Below are positions 45,252-55,471 of a DNA stretch of 64,000 nt, one piece after another (the stretch's first letter is position 1; each line of letters begins with the position of its first letter). This DNA is from Melioribacteraceae bacterium (GTDB lineage: Bacteria; Bacteroidota; Ignavibacteria; Ignavibacteriales; Melioribacteraceae): the NCBI GenBank assembly GCA_021740785.1, contig JAIOZI010000021.1:824-64823 (forward strand). Direction: 5' to 3'. Position numbers and translations under genes: made by a program. The notes beneath the pieces were generated by a model. It was given only the letters and a program-made list of their open reading frames with translations, was not told the DNA's origin and searched no databases.

Positions 45252-47249
45252 TTAATTAAGGTTTTCCTGAATAATTTCAGCAATATCTTTTACTTCAACT
45301 TCATCTGCTTTATCAAATGTTTTTACCCCGTCATTCAGCATAGTCATACAAAACGGGCATGCCGAAGCTATTGTATCGGAGTTTGTTTCAAGAGCTTCAT
45401 TTGTTCTATTTTCGTTAATTCGCTGTCCCGTTGTTTCTTCAAGAAACATTCTACCACCGCCGGCTCCGCAGCAAAACCCTTTATCTCTCGAACGCTCCAT
45501 TTCCACCAATTCTAATCCGTTAATTTTCTTTAATGGATCGCGCGGTGAATCATAAATACCGTTATATCTTCCAAGATAACAAGAATCATGAAATGTTACA
45601 CGTTTTTTTATTTTTTCATCTTTAAGTTTTATTTTGTTTTCATCCAATAATTTTTCAATTAATTCCGAGTGATGAAGCACCTCAAAATTTCCGCCGAACT
45701 GAGGATACTCATTTTTAAGAGAGTTATAGCAGTGCGGACACGCGGTAACAATCTTTTTAACCTTATAATTATTGAGTGTCTCAACATTTTCCATCATCAT
45801 CATTTGGGCAAGATATTCATTGCCCAATCTTCTTGCTGTATCACCGTTGCATTTTTCTTCAGTTCCGAGTATTCGGAAATCTACATTACCTCTCTTCATA
45901 ATTTTTGTAAATGCCTGACTCACTTTCTGATATCTTGCATCAAATGATCCTGCACAGCCAACCCAGAATAAGTATTCACATTCCGAATCTTCTGCCATAG
46001 TTTTAACATCGAGACCTTCAGCCCATTGTGCTCTGTCCTGCCAGTTAAATGCCCAAGGTGTAAATTGTGTTTCAATATTTTTAAATACATTATTTAATTC
46101 AGGAGGAAACTGAGATTCCATCAGCACAAGATTTCTTCTCATATCAACAATTGAATCTACATGTTCAATCGTAACCGGACATTCATACACGCATGCATTA
46201 CATGTTGTGCAAGCCCACAATTCCTCATCACTGATATAATCATGAACTAATGTTTTATCAGTGATTCCCTCTTTCTCTTCACCGGCAAGAACATAGGGCG
46301 CTTTTTCTTCCGTACGCCTTCTGATATCAACTATAATCTTTCTCGGAGATAATAATTTACCTGTATTTGCAGCCGGACAAGCAGCCGTGCATCTTCCGCA
46401 TTCCGTACATGCATATCCATCAAGCATCTGTTTCCAAGTAAGGTGATCAACATCAACGGCGCCGAATTGTTCGATGTTTTCATCTTCTAAGTTGATTGAT
46501 TTTATTGCATACTTCTTTTCATCATACTTGGAAAAGAAAACATTCGGAATTGATGTGAATACGTGCAGGTGTTTTGAATAAGGTAGAAAATTCATAAATC
46601 CGAATACAACAAGAATGTGTATCCACCAAAATATTTCGAAATATAAATCTGCTGTTGAACTGCCGCCATTAAAAAAAACAGGACTTAATAAAGCAGTAAC
46701 CGGTCTGATTTCATAATCATGAAGTACAAAATTATTTTTCGCAATAGCAGCCATATTCTGACCGAACATTGACACAACAACTAAAAGAATCAATACCAAT
46801 ATAAAGGTTGCATCTAGTTTCCCGGCGGTACCTGAATCCAACCTTTCAATGTTTAATACATATCTTCTAAAAAGCGCTGACAATACGGCAATTATTACTA
46901 AAATGCCGAATACATCTTGAACAATAGTTATTGCAGAAAAAAGCGGTCCTAAAAATTGAAGTGTAAACGGAGAATAAAAACCCTGTATAATTGCTTCAAC
47001 AACGGCGAACAGGAATAGCATAAATCCCCAAAAAATCAAAAAGTGAATTGAGCCTGCGATTGGATCGCGTAATAATTTTGTTTGACCGAATGCTATACTC
47101 AATACTCTCTTTAAACGGGCGGGAATATTATCAAAACGATTTTCTTTAAGACCAATTGTTAGATAACTGATCAACCGCCTGATATTGTACGCAAGAAAAA
47201 CAAATGCCGAAATAAAAACAATTATAAATACAACGTTCTTCATCTCCAT
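45252..47249 (-). CDS. membrane-bound (Fe-S)-binding oxidoreductase, HdrD/GlpC/DsrK-like with N-terminal polytopic domain
   Basis: Five to six N-terminal TM helices. CTECGRCTAACP and CTTCNACVYECP ferredoxin motifs. Two CCG-type cysteine-rich regions (WVGCAG..., CCGAGGG). Confidence 0.7.
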   Translation of the reverse strand: MEMKNVVFIIVFISAFVFLAYNIRRLISYLTIGLKENRFDNIPARLKRVLSIAFGQTKLLRDPIAGSIHFLIFWGFMLFLFAVVEAIIQGFYSPFTLQFLGPLFSAITIVQDVFGILVIIAVLSALFRRYVLNIERLDSGTAGKLDATFILVLILLVVVSMFGQNMAAIAKNNFVLHDYEIRPVTALLSPVFFNGGSSTADLYFEIFWWIHILVVFGFMNFLPYSKHLHVFTSIPNVFFSKYDEKKYAIKSINLEDENIEQFGAVDVDHLTWKQMLDGYACTECGRCTAACPAANTGKLLSPRKIIVDIRRRTEEKAPYVLAGEEKEGITDKTLVHDYISDEELWACTTCNACVYECPVTIEHVDSIVDMRRNLVLMESQFPPELNNVFKNIETQFTPWAFNWQDRAQWAEGLDVKTMAEDSECEYLFWVGCAGSFDARYQKVSQAFTKIMKRGNVDFRILGTEEKCNGDTARRLGNEYLAQMMMMENVETLNNYKVKKIVTACPHCYNSLKNEYPQFGGNFEVLHHSELIEKLLDENKIKLKDEKIKKRVTFHDSCYLGRYNGIYDSPRDPLKKINGLELVEMERSRDKGFCCGAGGGRMFLEETTGQRINENRTNEALETNSDTIASACPFCMTMLNDGVKTFDKADEVEVKDIAEIIQENLN

Positions 47250-47262
47250 CAGATTACCTTAA

Positions 47263-47838
47263 TTATTTATGGGGAAGTTTAGGGTATTTTTTTGAGAACG
47301 ATAAATAAATTGAAATTGCCGCTCCAATTTTAATTACACCCCAAATTGAAAAAACAGCAGCACCCGCAATAAATGCTTCGCGCCAGCTATCCATAAAGAA
47401 TAATCCCAAATACATTGAGCCGAATAATAGTATTAAAAGCGAACCGGCGAGCATTGCAAGCATAACAGTAACAAATGATGAATTTTCTTTAACGATGTAA
47501 CCAACCATAAATGCTGCTAGAGGAAATGATAATAAATAGCCTCCTGTTGGTCCGAATAAAACTCCAATTCCTAAGCTGAAATTTGCAAAAACCGGAATTC
47601 CGACAACACCCATCAATACATACAATATTTGACTGATTGCGCCATTTCTTGCGCCGAGAAAAGCTCCGGATAAAAGTACCAGCATCGTCTGCAGTGTAAA
47701 CGGCACAGGTTGTACCGGTACAGCGACCTGAGCTGCCATAGCAGTAAATAATGAAAAAGTGATAATCCAAAATAACTGCGTGCTTACTGCCCTGCTCAAA
47801 ATATTTTTACTTTCAATCGATTTAACGTTTCCGTTCAT
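47263..47838 (-). CDS. bioY: biotin transporter S-component
   Basis: PVPFTLQTMLVLLSGAFLG, GPTGGYLLSFPLAAF: BioY signature. Confidence 0.85.
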   Translation of the reverse strand: MNGNVKSIESKNILSRAVSTQLFWIITFSLFTAMAAQVAVPVQPVPFTLQTMLVLLSGAFLGARNGAISQILYVLMGVVGIPVFANFSLGIGVLFGPTGGYLLSFPLAAFMVGYIVKENSSFVTVMLAMLAGSLLILLFGSMYLGLFFMDSWREAFIAGAAVFSIWGVIKIGAAISIYLSFSKKYPKLPHK

Positions 47839-47847
47839 TTTATTACC

Positions 47848-48723
47848 TCAAGAATTATTTAATTTCGTTTTGAAAAACTCATTAGTTTTTGCCAGAACCA
47901 GATCAAACTGCTCATTACTTCCTTCAAAAGGATGTTTGATATTAAAAGTATGTCCGGCTGATTGCACAATAAACATTTCTGTTAAGTTTTTGTCAGACCA
48001 TTCAAACAATTGTTCACCTTCATGTAATGGTACAGCTAAATCCTGATCTCCATGCACAATCAACAACGGTTTGTCTAAATCTCTTAGTGCGATTTTTAAA
48101 TTTAAGAAATCATTTCCATTTTCTTCAATATCTTTCAACAATTCTATGCCCAGCGGCATAATTTGTTTTGTACGTGCATTCTCAATTTCGAATACACCTT
48201 TTTCCTTCCAATCCTTTTTTTGTCGTTCTGAATAGCGATCCAGTTTGGCAATAGCTGACCAAGTTACGAGTGCATCAACATTACTGTTTTTTGAAGCTGT
48301 TAATATTGATACTGCTCCTCCCCTGCTGTGACCTAATAATCCGATTTTATTTTTTTGGTTATTGCCGAAGAATCCCGAATTATATGCATCGATGATTTCC
48401 GATAACTCACGAACTTCTCTCGAAAATGTATTTGTTCTAAATTTATGAAGTTCAGTGAATTCATTTTTTTCTTCACCAATTCCATTGTGAGAAAAATTAA
48501 AAGTAATAACAAAGAAACCTTGTGCTGCAAGGTAATTACCAAGATGCGGTCCGAAACCCCAATCCTTAAAACCCTTAAAACCATGAACAAAAATTATACA
48601 ATTTCCTTCAGAAATATTTTCTATTCCGAAACTGGTTATACGAATGGATTCGTTATCGGTGGTTCTAAAAAGAAATTCTTTGCTCATGCGCACAAATATG
48701 CTCATTAAGACGTGAAAAGTCAA
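47848..48723 (-). CDS. alpha/beta-fold hydrolase
   Basis: HGFKG oxyanion region, nucleophile elbow GHSRGG, C-terminal VHGDQD and GH. The real start may be MSKEF at 48687. Confidence 0.7.
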   Translation of the reverse strand: MTFHVLMSIFVRMSKEFLFRTTDNESIRITSFGIENISEGNCIIFVHGFKGFKDWGFGPHLGNYLAAQGFFVITFNFSHNGIGEEKNEFTELHKFRTNTFSREVRELSEIIDAYNSGFFGNNQKNKIGLLGHSRGGAVSILTASKNSNVDALVTWSAIAKLDRYSERQKKDWKEKGVFEIENARTKQIMPLGIELLKDIEENGNDFLNLKIALRDLDKPLLIVHGDQDLAVPLHEGEQLFEWSDKNLTEMFIVQSAGHTFNIKHPFEGSNEQFDLVLAKTNEFFKTKLNNS

Positions 48724-48850
48724 GATTCTATAATAGATATGATTCTTAAATTTTTCAGCCGATTTTTACCCGATATGTTCCGATGAAATTATTTTTTTAC
48801 GTTATTTTTATTAAATTCATTGTTTCATTCACAAAATTTAATTGGATTAT

Positions 48851-49996
48851 ATGAATTTCGATTTTACTGAAGAACAAAACATGCTGCGCGATATGGTACG
48901 CGATTTTACTGATAGTGAGATAAGACCATTAGCAAAAAAAATAGATGAAGACGAATCTATTCCTGTTAGTTTGATAAAAAAATTAGGAGAAGTTGGATTA
49001 TTAGGAACGGCATTCCCGGAGAAATACGGCGGAGGCGGTTTCGGTGAATTAGGTTACTGCATTGCTCAAGAAGAGGTAACACGCGCCTGCGGATCAACAG
49101 CGGCAATGATCGGGGCTCATCAATCTATTGGAACAAATGCAATTTACATCGGAGGCTCGGAAGAACTTAAAATGAAATATCTGCCGCAGCTTACTTCCGG
49201 TGAAAAAATTGCGGCATTCTGCTTAACTGAAGCCGGCGCAGGTTCCGATTCTTTTAATCTAAAAACAACCGCAAAAAAAGTTGATGATAAGTGGATTATC
49301 AACGGTGAAAAACTGTGGATTACAAATGGTGATATCGCAGATGTGTTTTCTGTTTTTGCCAGGACTGAAAAAGGAATTACGGGATTTGTAATCGATAAAG
49401 ATTTACCGGGTGTGGAAATTGGTCCGCCCGAAAAAAAACTCGGTATCAAGGGAAGTTCCACAAACGCTATCTCCTTCGAAAACGTTGAAGTTCCCGGAGA
49501 AAATATGATAGGTCAGGATGGCAGAGGATTTTTAATCGCGATGAAAACACTTGATGCGGGCAGACTTGGAATCGGGGCATGCTGCGTTGGAGCCGCAAAA
49601 GAGATGCTGGAAATTTCGGTAAATTTTGCAAATGAACGAAAGCAATTTGATCAGCCGATTGCTAAATTTCAGGCAATTCAATTTATGCTTGCTGAAATGA
49701 CAACTGAAATTTATGCCATGGAAAGTATGCTTTATAGAACTGCAAAAAAATATGATGATCAATTGGATACTTCAAAGGAAGCTGCAATCGTGAAATTATA
49801 TTGTTCGGAATCAGTCTCGGAGGTTGCTGATAAAGCGCTTCAAATTCATGGCGGGATGGGATTTTCAAAAGAAATTCCAATTGAGCGATTTTACCGTGAT
49901 GCACGAATATTAAGAATATTCGAAGGTACCAGCGAAATTCAGAAATTAATAATCGGAAGGAAAGTAATTAAAAACAAAGGCAAGTGGAAATTATAA
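48851..49996 (+). CDS. acyl-CoA dehydrogenase
   Basis: MNFDFTEEQ..., CLTEAGAGSD, WITNG, catalytic-base region IFEGTSEIQ. The ORF track opens at TTG 48842. Confidence 0.85.
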   Translation: MNFDFTEEQNMLRDMVRDFTDSEIRPLAKKIDEDESIPVSLIKKLGEVGLLGTAFPEKYGGGGFGELGYCIAQEEVTRACGSTAAMIGAHQSIGTNAIYIGGSEELKMKYLPQLTSGEKIAAFCLTEAGAGSDSFNLKTTAKKVDDKWIINGEKLWITNGDIADVFSVFARTEKGITGFVIDKDLPGVEIGPPEKKLGIKGSSTNAISFENVEVPGENMIGQDGRGFLIAMKTLDAGRLGIGACCVGAAKEMLEISVNFANERKQFDQPIAKFQAIQFMLAEMTTEIYAMESMLYRTAKKYDDQLDTSKEAAIVKLYCSESVSEVADKALQIHGGMGFSKEIPIERFYRDARILRIFEGTSEIQKLIIGRKVIKNKGKWKL

Positions 49997-50746
49997 ATGC
50001 CAGTATTAGTAATACCGTCTATTGACGTTCATCAAAATAAAACCGTTAGAGTTGTTCAGGGAATCCCGGAGCTTAATTGTCCGGAATATAAAAACGATCC
50101 CGTTGAAATGGCAATGATTTGGCGGGCTGAAAATGCAAAGATAATTCATGTTGTAGATTTTGATCACATTCACAATTACTCTAATATCAATCATAATATT
50201 ATTGAAGAGATTTGCGACTCGGTAATTATCCCGGTTGAACTCGGCGGCGGGATACGAAATCTTAAAGATGCCGACGAGGCTTTCAGTCTCGGTGTATATC
50301 GACTTGTAATCGGATCACTCGCATATAATGATGAAAATGAATTTATTAAGATTATTGAAAAATACGGTCCAAAAAAAATTTCCGCTGCAATTGATGTAAT
50401 TGATGATGAAGTTGTAGTACGCAGAAGAAGAATTAAAACCGGGATTGATCCTTTAATTTATGCGAAAAGACTTGCGGAATTGGGAATAGAACGTTTAATT
50501 GTAACCGACGTTAAAACGAATGGTATGATGCTCGGTCCGAATATTGAATTATCGGAAAAGACTGCTGAAGCCTCGGGATGCAAAGTAACACTCTCAGGCG
50601 GAATATCCGGTCTTGAAGATTTATTAAGAGTAAACGCAGCAACGGACAAGGGAATTGATTCGGTAATTATCGGTCGGGCATTATACGAAAATAAATTTTC
50701 CTGTCAGAAAATTTGGCGGGTAGCTGAATCGGGATTATTTAACTGA
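49997..50746 (+). CDS. HisA/HisF-family (beta/alpha)8-barrel protein, outside any his operon in this window
   Basis: VIPSIDVHQNKTVRVVQG, VVDFD, ELGGGIR, GSLA, SGGI: HisA-like phosphate-binding pattern. ATG abuts the upstream TAA. Confidence 0.6.
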   Translation: MPVLVIPSIDVHQNKTVRVVQGIPELNCPEYKNDPVEMAMIWRAENAKIIHVVDFDHIHNYSNINHNIIEEICDSVIIPVELGGGIRNLKDADEAFSLGVYRLVIGSLAYNDENEFIKIIEKYGPKKISAAIDVIDDEVVVRRRRIKTGIDPLIYAKRLAELGIERLIVTDVKTNGMMLGPNIELSEKTAEASGCKVTLSGGISGLEDLLRVNAATDKGIDSVIIGRALYENKFSCQKIWRVAESGLFN

Positions 50747-50758
50747 GGATAAAATATA

Positions 50759-51316
50759 ATGGCTTCTTCAAATAATTTAATTAAGAGGAGCAGTTTTTGG
50801 GCAAACTTATTTAAATCACCAACCGAAAAAAGTGACCTTGAAAACGTATTGAAATCAATGCCTCCTTTTTGTGAACTTAATAAAAAGTATATTAAGGCAC
50901 TTATTAAGATAGTTCACAACCGTGCGTTTACAAAGGATGAATTTATTTTCCTTCAGGGCGACCCGGGAATTGGTTTATACGTAATTCAATCAGGCTCGGT
51001 TGTTATTCGACAAAATACCGGGGATAACAATACAATAGACCTAGCAACATTCAACCGGGGTGATTTCTTTGGAGAGCTTGCGTTAATGGATGATGAAATA
51101 AGATCCGCATCTGCTATTGCTTTGTCGGATTCGGAAATCGGTGTAATATTTAAACCGGATTTGGATGAGTTTGTTGAAAAATATCCCGATATTGGTATAA
51201 AAATTTTGAGAGGGATTGCACATATTATCACAAAGAGACTTCATAGGCTGAATGACGACTATCTTACTCTTTACATAAAAACATTCAATAATAATTCGGA
51301 GAACGTCGATGTATAA
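50759..51316 (+). CDS. cyclic-nucleotide-binding domain protein
   Basis: FLQGDPGIGLYVIQSGSV...FGELALMDDEIRSASAIA is the cNMP-binding (Crp-type) beta-roll. Confidence 0.75.
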   Translation: MASSNNLIKRSSFWANLFKSPTEKSDLENVLKSMPPFCELNKKYIKALIKIVHNRAFTKDEFIFLQGDPGIGLYVIQSGSVVIRQNTGDNNTIDLATFNRGDFFGELALMDDEIRSASAIALSDSEIGVIFKPDLDEFVEKYPDIGIKILRGIAHIITKRLHRLNDDYLTLYIKTFNNNSENVDV

Positions 51317-51779
51317 AATTCAAAAAATATTAGTCCCGATTGATTTTTCCGATTATTCCAAGGGCGCCTTAAAATATGCAGTTGATTTTGCAAAGCATTT
51401 TGGAGCCAAGATGTACCTGGTTTATGTAGTCGAACCAATGATTTATCCTGCAGATTTCAGTTTGGGTCAGGTATCAATTCCCTCCGCTGATTTTGAAACA
51501 AACAAAAGAGCCGAAGAGGAATTAGAAAATTTGGCAAAAAGTGAAATCCCGGAAAGTATTGAAGTTGTAACGGTAATAAAAACCGGGAAACCCTTTATCG
51601 AAATCATTGAATATGCCGCTGAGGTGGATATTGATTTAATAATGATCGCAACTCACGGGCATACCGGCGTTGAACACATGCTATTCGGCAGTACAGCGGA
51701 AAAGGTTGTTAGAAAAGCCCCATGCCCTGTGATGACACTTCGTGAACCGATAAAAGGATTCAAGTTTCAAGGCGAGTAA
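51309..51779 (+). CDS. universal stress protein (UspA family)
   Basis: ILVPIDFSDYSK, DLIMIATHGHTGVEHMLFGSTAEKVVRKAPCPV: ATP-binding-type USP. Confidence 0.85.
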   Translation: MYKIQKILVPIDFSDYSKGALKYAVDFAKHFGAKMYLVYVVEPMIYPADFSLGQVSIPSADFETNKRAEEELENLAKSEIPESIEVVTVIKTGKPFIEIIEYAAEVDIDLIMIATHGHTGVEHMLFGSTAEKVVRKAPCPVMTLREPIKGFKFQGE

Positions 51780-52582
51780 TGAGTCGGATTTTGGATTTAA
51801 AACGGTTCCCGGATTTTGAGAATCTGAAAATAATATTGGATGATAATACCTCCGGGAGCAGCGAGCTCCTTTATAAAATTCAAAATTACCTGCACCAAAA
51901 TGCCGGTAATATTTCTGATTTAAATTCCTTTCTGTATCAGCTCAAAGATTATTTCAATGAGTTTCAGGTTATCACTTCTTTTTTAGATCGATTAATTGAA
52001 TCCGGAGGAAATTCGCTGGATAAAATAATCTCGGATTCTCAAGAGTTTTCTACTAAATGTTATCAAAGAATTTTCGATAATTTTAATAAGAACCATGATA
52101 TCCCGGAGAGGATAATAACAATTTCAAACAGTACAACCTTATTCGAGATATTCAAATTATTTTATAATGTAACGCAAAACCTGGAAATCAGAGTTTGTGA
52201 ATCCAGACCACAATTGGAAGGAAGAATTTTCAGCAGTAAACTTGCTGAACAAGGAATTGCCGTAAAATTAATTACTGAAAGTCAAATACCGGAATTTATT
52301 GTTGATTGTGACTGTGCAGTTATTGGGGCTGATAAAATTTTACCTGATAATAGTATTGTAAACAAAGTTGGAAGCCGGCTTCTAGCAATAACTGCAAATC
52401 ATTTTTCCGTACCGTTTTTTGTTTTTGCGAGTAAAAATAAAAATTCTGATTCAGATCACTTTGTGCCGGATGAAAGGAATACTGATGAGATTTGGGTCAC
52501 AAAAAATAATTTTATTTCAATAAAGAATTATTATTTTGAAACAGTCAATTCCAAATTGATTACCGAGATAGTGCAGGAATAA
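51779..52582 (+). CDS. eIF-2B alpha/beta/delta-family (sugar-phosphate isomerase-like) protein
   Basis: ESRPQLEGR, GADKILPDNSIVNKVGS: IF-2B family core. Confidence 0.6.
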   Translation: MSRILDLKRFPDFENLKIILDDNTSGSSELLYKIQNYLHQNAGNISDLNSFLYQLKDYFNEFQVITSFLDRLIESGGNSLDKIISDSQEFSTKCYQRIFDNFNKNHDIPERIITISNSTTLFEIFKLFYNVTQNLEIRVCESRPQLEGRIFSSKLAEQGIAVKLITESQIPEFIVDCDCAVIGADKILPDNSIVNKVGSRLLAITANHFSVPFFVFASKNKNSDSDHFVPDERNTDEIWVTKNNFISIKNYYFETVNSKLITEIVQE

Positions 52583-52624
52583 CTTTTATTTAATTGGTCG
52601 TTGTAATAATTATGAGGTTTGCTC

Positions 52625-53818
52625 ATGAGTAAAGCTCCTGATATACTAATTTTCTCCGATGGGAACGGTACTTCCGCAATTTATGAATCATTTGTTTCGA
52701 TGGGTAATTATTATGTTCATTTTGCTCAAAAAGATGATTCCGGGTTGAACAAACTTAATGCCCATGAATTTGATTTGATACTTGTTGAAATCTCTCAACC
52801 ATTGATGTCTGAAATACTTTTTATCGAACGAATTAGATTGATCAATGCTTACGTGCCCGTTGTAATTGTATCGGAATATTTTCGTGAGACGAAGAATTCG
52901 GTTTTTGGGAACAAAATATCCCAGTTCATCGATAAACCGCTCACGCTCGATAAACTTTATTCAACAATTCAAGATACACTCAACCCCGATGCGGAATCGA
53001 AAAAATATTTATCATCAGAAGAAGCTGCAATTTCCGACAAGAAATTATTAGTCCTTTACGAATTTTCAAAGAGACTCAATTCAATAAACGATTTCGATCA
53101 ATTACTGATGTCAATTATTGAACTGGCAACCGATGCATTAAAAGCCGACCGCGCCACGGTATTTGTGCTTGATAAGAAAAAAAATGAGCTTTGGTCTAGA
53201 GTCGGAACTGGAATTGAACGTAAAGAAATTAGATTTCCGAAAACAACAGGCATTGCCGGACAAGTAGTTTGCAGCGGCACCTCATTGATAATCGACGACC
53301 CTTACAGCAGCCCGCTTTTTAACCGGGAAGTTGATATTAAAACAGGATACAAAACAGAAAGCCTGCTCTGTGTTCCGATGCGCAACTTAAGCGGAGAAAT
53401 TGTCGGGGCATTTCAAGTGTTGAATAAAGAGAACGGGAAATTCAGCACAGATGATGAAATGTTTCTGAGCGCTATGGCTGCCAATGTTGCTATTGCTTTG
53501 GAGAATACGCTTCTGCATGATGACTTAAAATCAAAATATGAAGAAACACAAAGATTGTATGACGATCTTTACACCGCACAGAAAATGATTGTTTGGGATA
53601 CCAAGCATTCAACTATTTCAGAGATACAGGGAATGATCAACGAGATAAAACAATATGATGCCGTTCCGACGCAGGTTAAAAAGTTAATTGAAGCAAACGG
53701 CAAAGATAATGAAGTCGCCGATAAACTAATGAAGCTTCGGGCAAACAACGATAATATGTTCAAGCGTATTAATGCCAGGTTAACAGAAATGTTGAAAGAG
53801 TTGGAAACTGCATCATAA
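52625..53818 (+). CDS. atypical receiver (REC) domain plus GAF domain regulator with C-terminal coiled coil
   Basis: REC-like N-terminus with KP at beta5, but E where the phospho-Asp is expected (FDLILVEISQP). GAF core DRATVFVLD...GIAGQV...SLLCVPM. ATG at 52625 follows GAGG. Confidence 0.6.
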   Translation: MSKAPDILIFSDGNGTSAIYESFVSMGNYYVHFAQKDDSGLNKLNAHEFDLILVEISQPLMSEILFIERIRLINAYVPVVIVSEYFRETKNSVFGNKISQFIDKPLTLDKLYSTIQDTLNPDAESKKYLSSEEAAISDKKLLVLYEFSKRLNSINDFDQLLMSIIELATDALKADRATVFVLDKKKNELWSRVGTGIERKEIRFPKTTGIAGQVVCSGTSLIIDDPYSSPLFNREVDIKTGYKTESLLCVPMRNLSGEIVGAFQVLNKENGKFSTDDEMFLSAMAANVAIALENTLLHDDLKSKYEETQRLYDDLYTAQKMIVWDTKHSTISEIQGMINEIKQYDAVPTQVKKLIEANGKDNEVADKLMKLRANNDNMFKRINARLTEMLKELETAS

Positions 53819-53869
53819 CCCGCCCTATAAAATGTTTTATTAAAAAACTTTGTTCGGCGGCTATTTTGG

Positions 53870-55471
53870 TTAAAATCTTTTACTGATGTTTAAATAATAT
53901 CGGTTAAAGCTCCTTGCTTCTTCGAATGTGCCTTCATAGTTAAGAGAGAAATAAATTTTATAAATCAGCTCGCTTCCAATATCAAAAAAGAAAATGTTTT
54001 GAGCCAGCTTCTGATTTGTTTTTGTAAAAGTGTAGTCAACTCTTCTATACCCGGAACCAACATTTAACATTCCATCAAAAATATATTTATTGAATCTAAT
54101 TCCGTACGTGCCGCCATCAACATAAGAAGTCTGTAGAAAATTTAAATTTACGGTTGAGGATAAATCAACATACGGGATTCTTGAATAAGTTGTATACAGC
54201 CCATAATTTCTTGTTGAGCTTCTATCCCCGGATTGAAAACGATAACCAAATGAAGCGCCGACTGTAAAATATTTGAAAGGTCTGACATTTGTTCTAAACC
54301 GTAAACCCTGTCTTGTTTCGGCATCCAATAAACTATCTGCATAGCTTTGATATGTTTCGTAATAAATAACATTCTTTCGTGCATCGTATGAAGTGGTAAA
54401 AGACAACCATCTTTCAGGTGAATACCTGACGGAGAGATACAAACTGGTAAATTTAACTTTACTCTTCCCTACCCCGTTTCTCTTTTCATAAAGATCAAAT
54501 TCCGAAGAAAGAAATAAATGAATATTATTGATAATATTATTATTGTGCTGGAAATATAAAAAGCGTCTATCGGTATTAAAATTATTAGTCTGCTCCATCA
54601 CTGCGAGATTATTCTTCATAAACTTATTACTTACAGTATCTTCCCTTGAAACAAAAACTCCGTACTGGAACATCTTAATGTTGTATCCGTAATCCGAATA
54701 ATTTGGACGTGAGCCAACCACACCGCCAAACAAATAATTCTTACTTCTATGCTCATATTGAATTCCGTCGATGGAACCGATGTTTGCAATATTGGGATTA
54801 ATTCTCCTCCCGAAATAAAGTTTATTTTCAGTATTAAAATCATAACTGAGAGATAAATTATAAATTCTCAGCGCGTCACCAAAATTGCTTTTAACATCCT
54901 GCCACTCTTTATTTCTGTAAGAGAATCGAATATATGAATCGAAGGAAAATTTGGAACCGGAAACATTATCACCGTTCAGTGCAATTAAGTATCTCCAACG
55001 CTGGTCGTATTTACTATTAGAATAATTATTAATAGTCGAATAAGAAGAGACACTCACTCTTCCGTCAATATCACTTCTCTTTCTCGTAAGTTGTTTTCTC
55101 GGCGTAGTTATTTTTTCAATTATCCGGTCTTCAGTATTTTTTATTGAATCTTTATCGGTTTCTGCCAAATCATTTCGTTTATAAAACTTAACAAAAAAAT
55201 CATCGTCAACATTTACATCAATTTCAATAATTTTTTCAGCAGCGCAAGAGCGCGAAGAGATAAACTTTGCAATTAATGCAGGTGTAAATGTTTGTCCGTC
55301 TTTTTTATACAGTGTGTCATTTTGATTTATAAATGAAGTGTTGTCGAATTTCAAATAAACATATTGCGAAGAGAAATATGTTACTTTTCCGGGGATCCAA
55401 TCGTATCCTTCCTGGGCATCTACTTTTATAAATATTAATACAAACGATATGAGAAATAAAATCTTGTTCAT
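53870..55471 (-). CDS. predicted outer-membrane beta-barrel, last gene of the multiheme cytochrome operon
   Basis: Signal peptide MNKILFLISFVLIFIKVDAQ. About 120-aa N-terminal domain, then Tyr/Arg/Asn-rich alternating strands. C-terminal ...YYLNISKRF (terminal Phe). The ATG overlaps the stop of the 46-heme gene (ATGA). Confidence 0.6.
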   Translation of the reverse strand: MNKILFLISFVLIFIKVDAQEGYDWIPGKVTYFSSQYVYLKFDNTSFINQNDTLYKKDGQTFTPALIAKFISSRSCAAEKIIEIDVNVDDDFFVKFYKRNDLAETDKDSIKNTEDRIIEKITTPRKQLTRKRSDIDGRVSVSSYSTINNYSNSKYDQRWRYLIALNGDNVSGSKFSFDSYIRFSYRNKEWQDVKSNFGDALRIYNLSLSYDFNTENKLYFGRRINPNIANIGSIDGIQYEHRSKNYLFGGVVGSRPNYSDYGYNIKMFQYGVFVSREDTVSNKFMKNNLAVMEQTNNFNTDRRFLYFQHNNNIINNIHLFLSSEFDLYEKRNGVGKSKVKFTSLYLSVRYSPERWLSFTTSYDARKNVIYYETYQSYADSLLDAETRQGLRFRTNVRPFKYFTVGASFGYRFQSGDRSSTRNYGLYTTYSRIPYVDLSSTVNLNFLQTSYVDGGTYGIRFNKYIFDGMLNVGSGYRRVDYTFTKTNQKLAQNIFFFDIGSELIYKIYFSLNYEGTFEEARSFNRYYLNISKRF

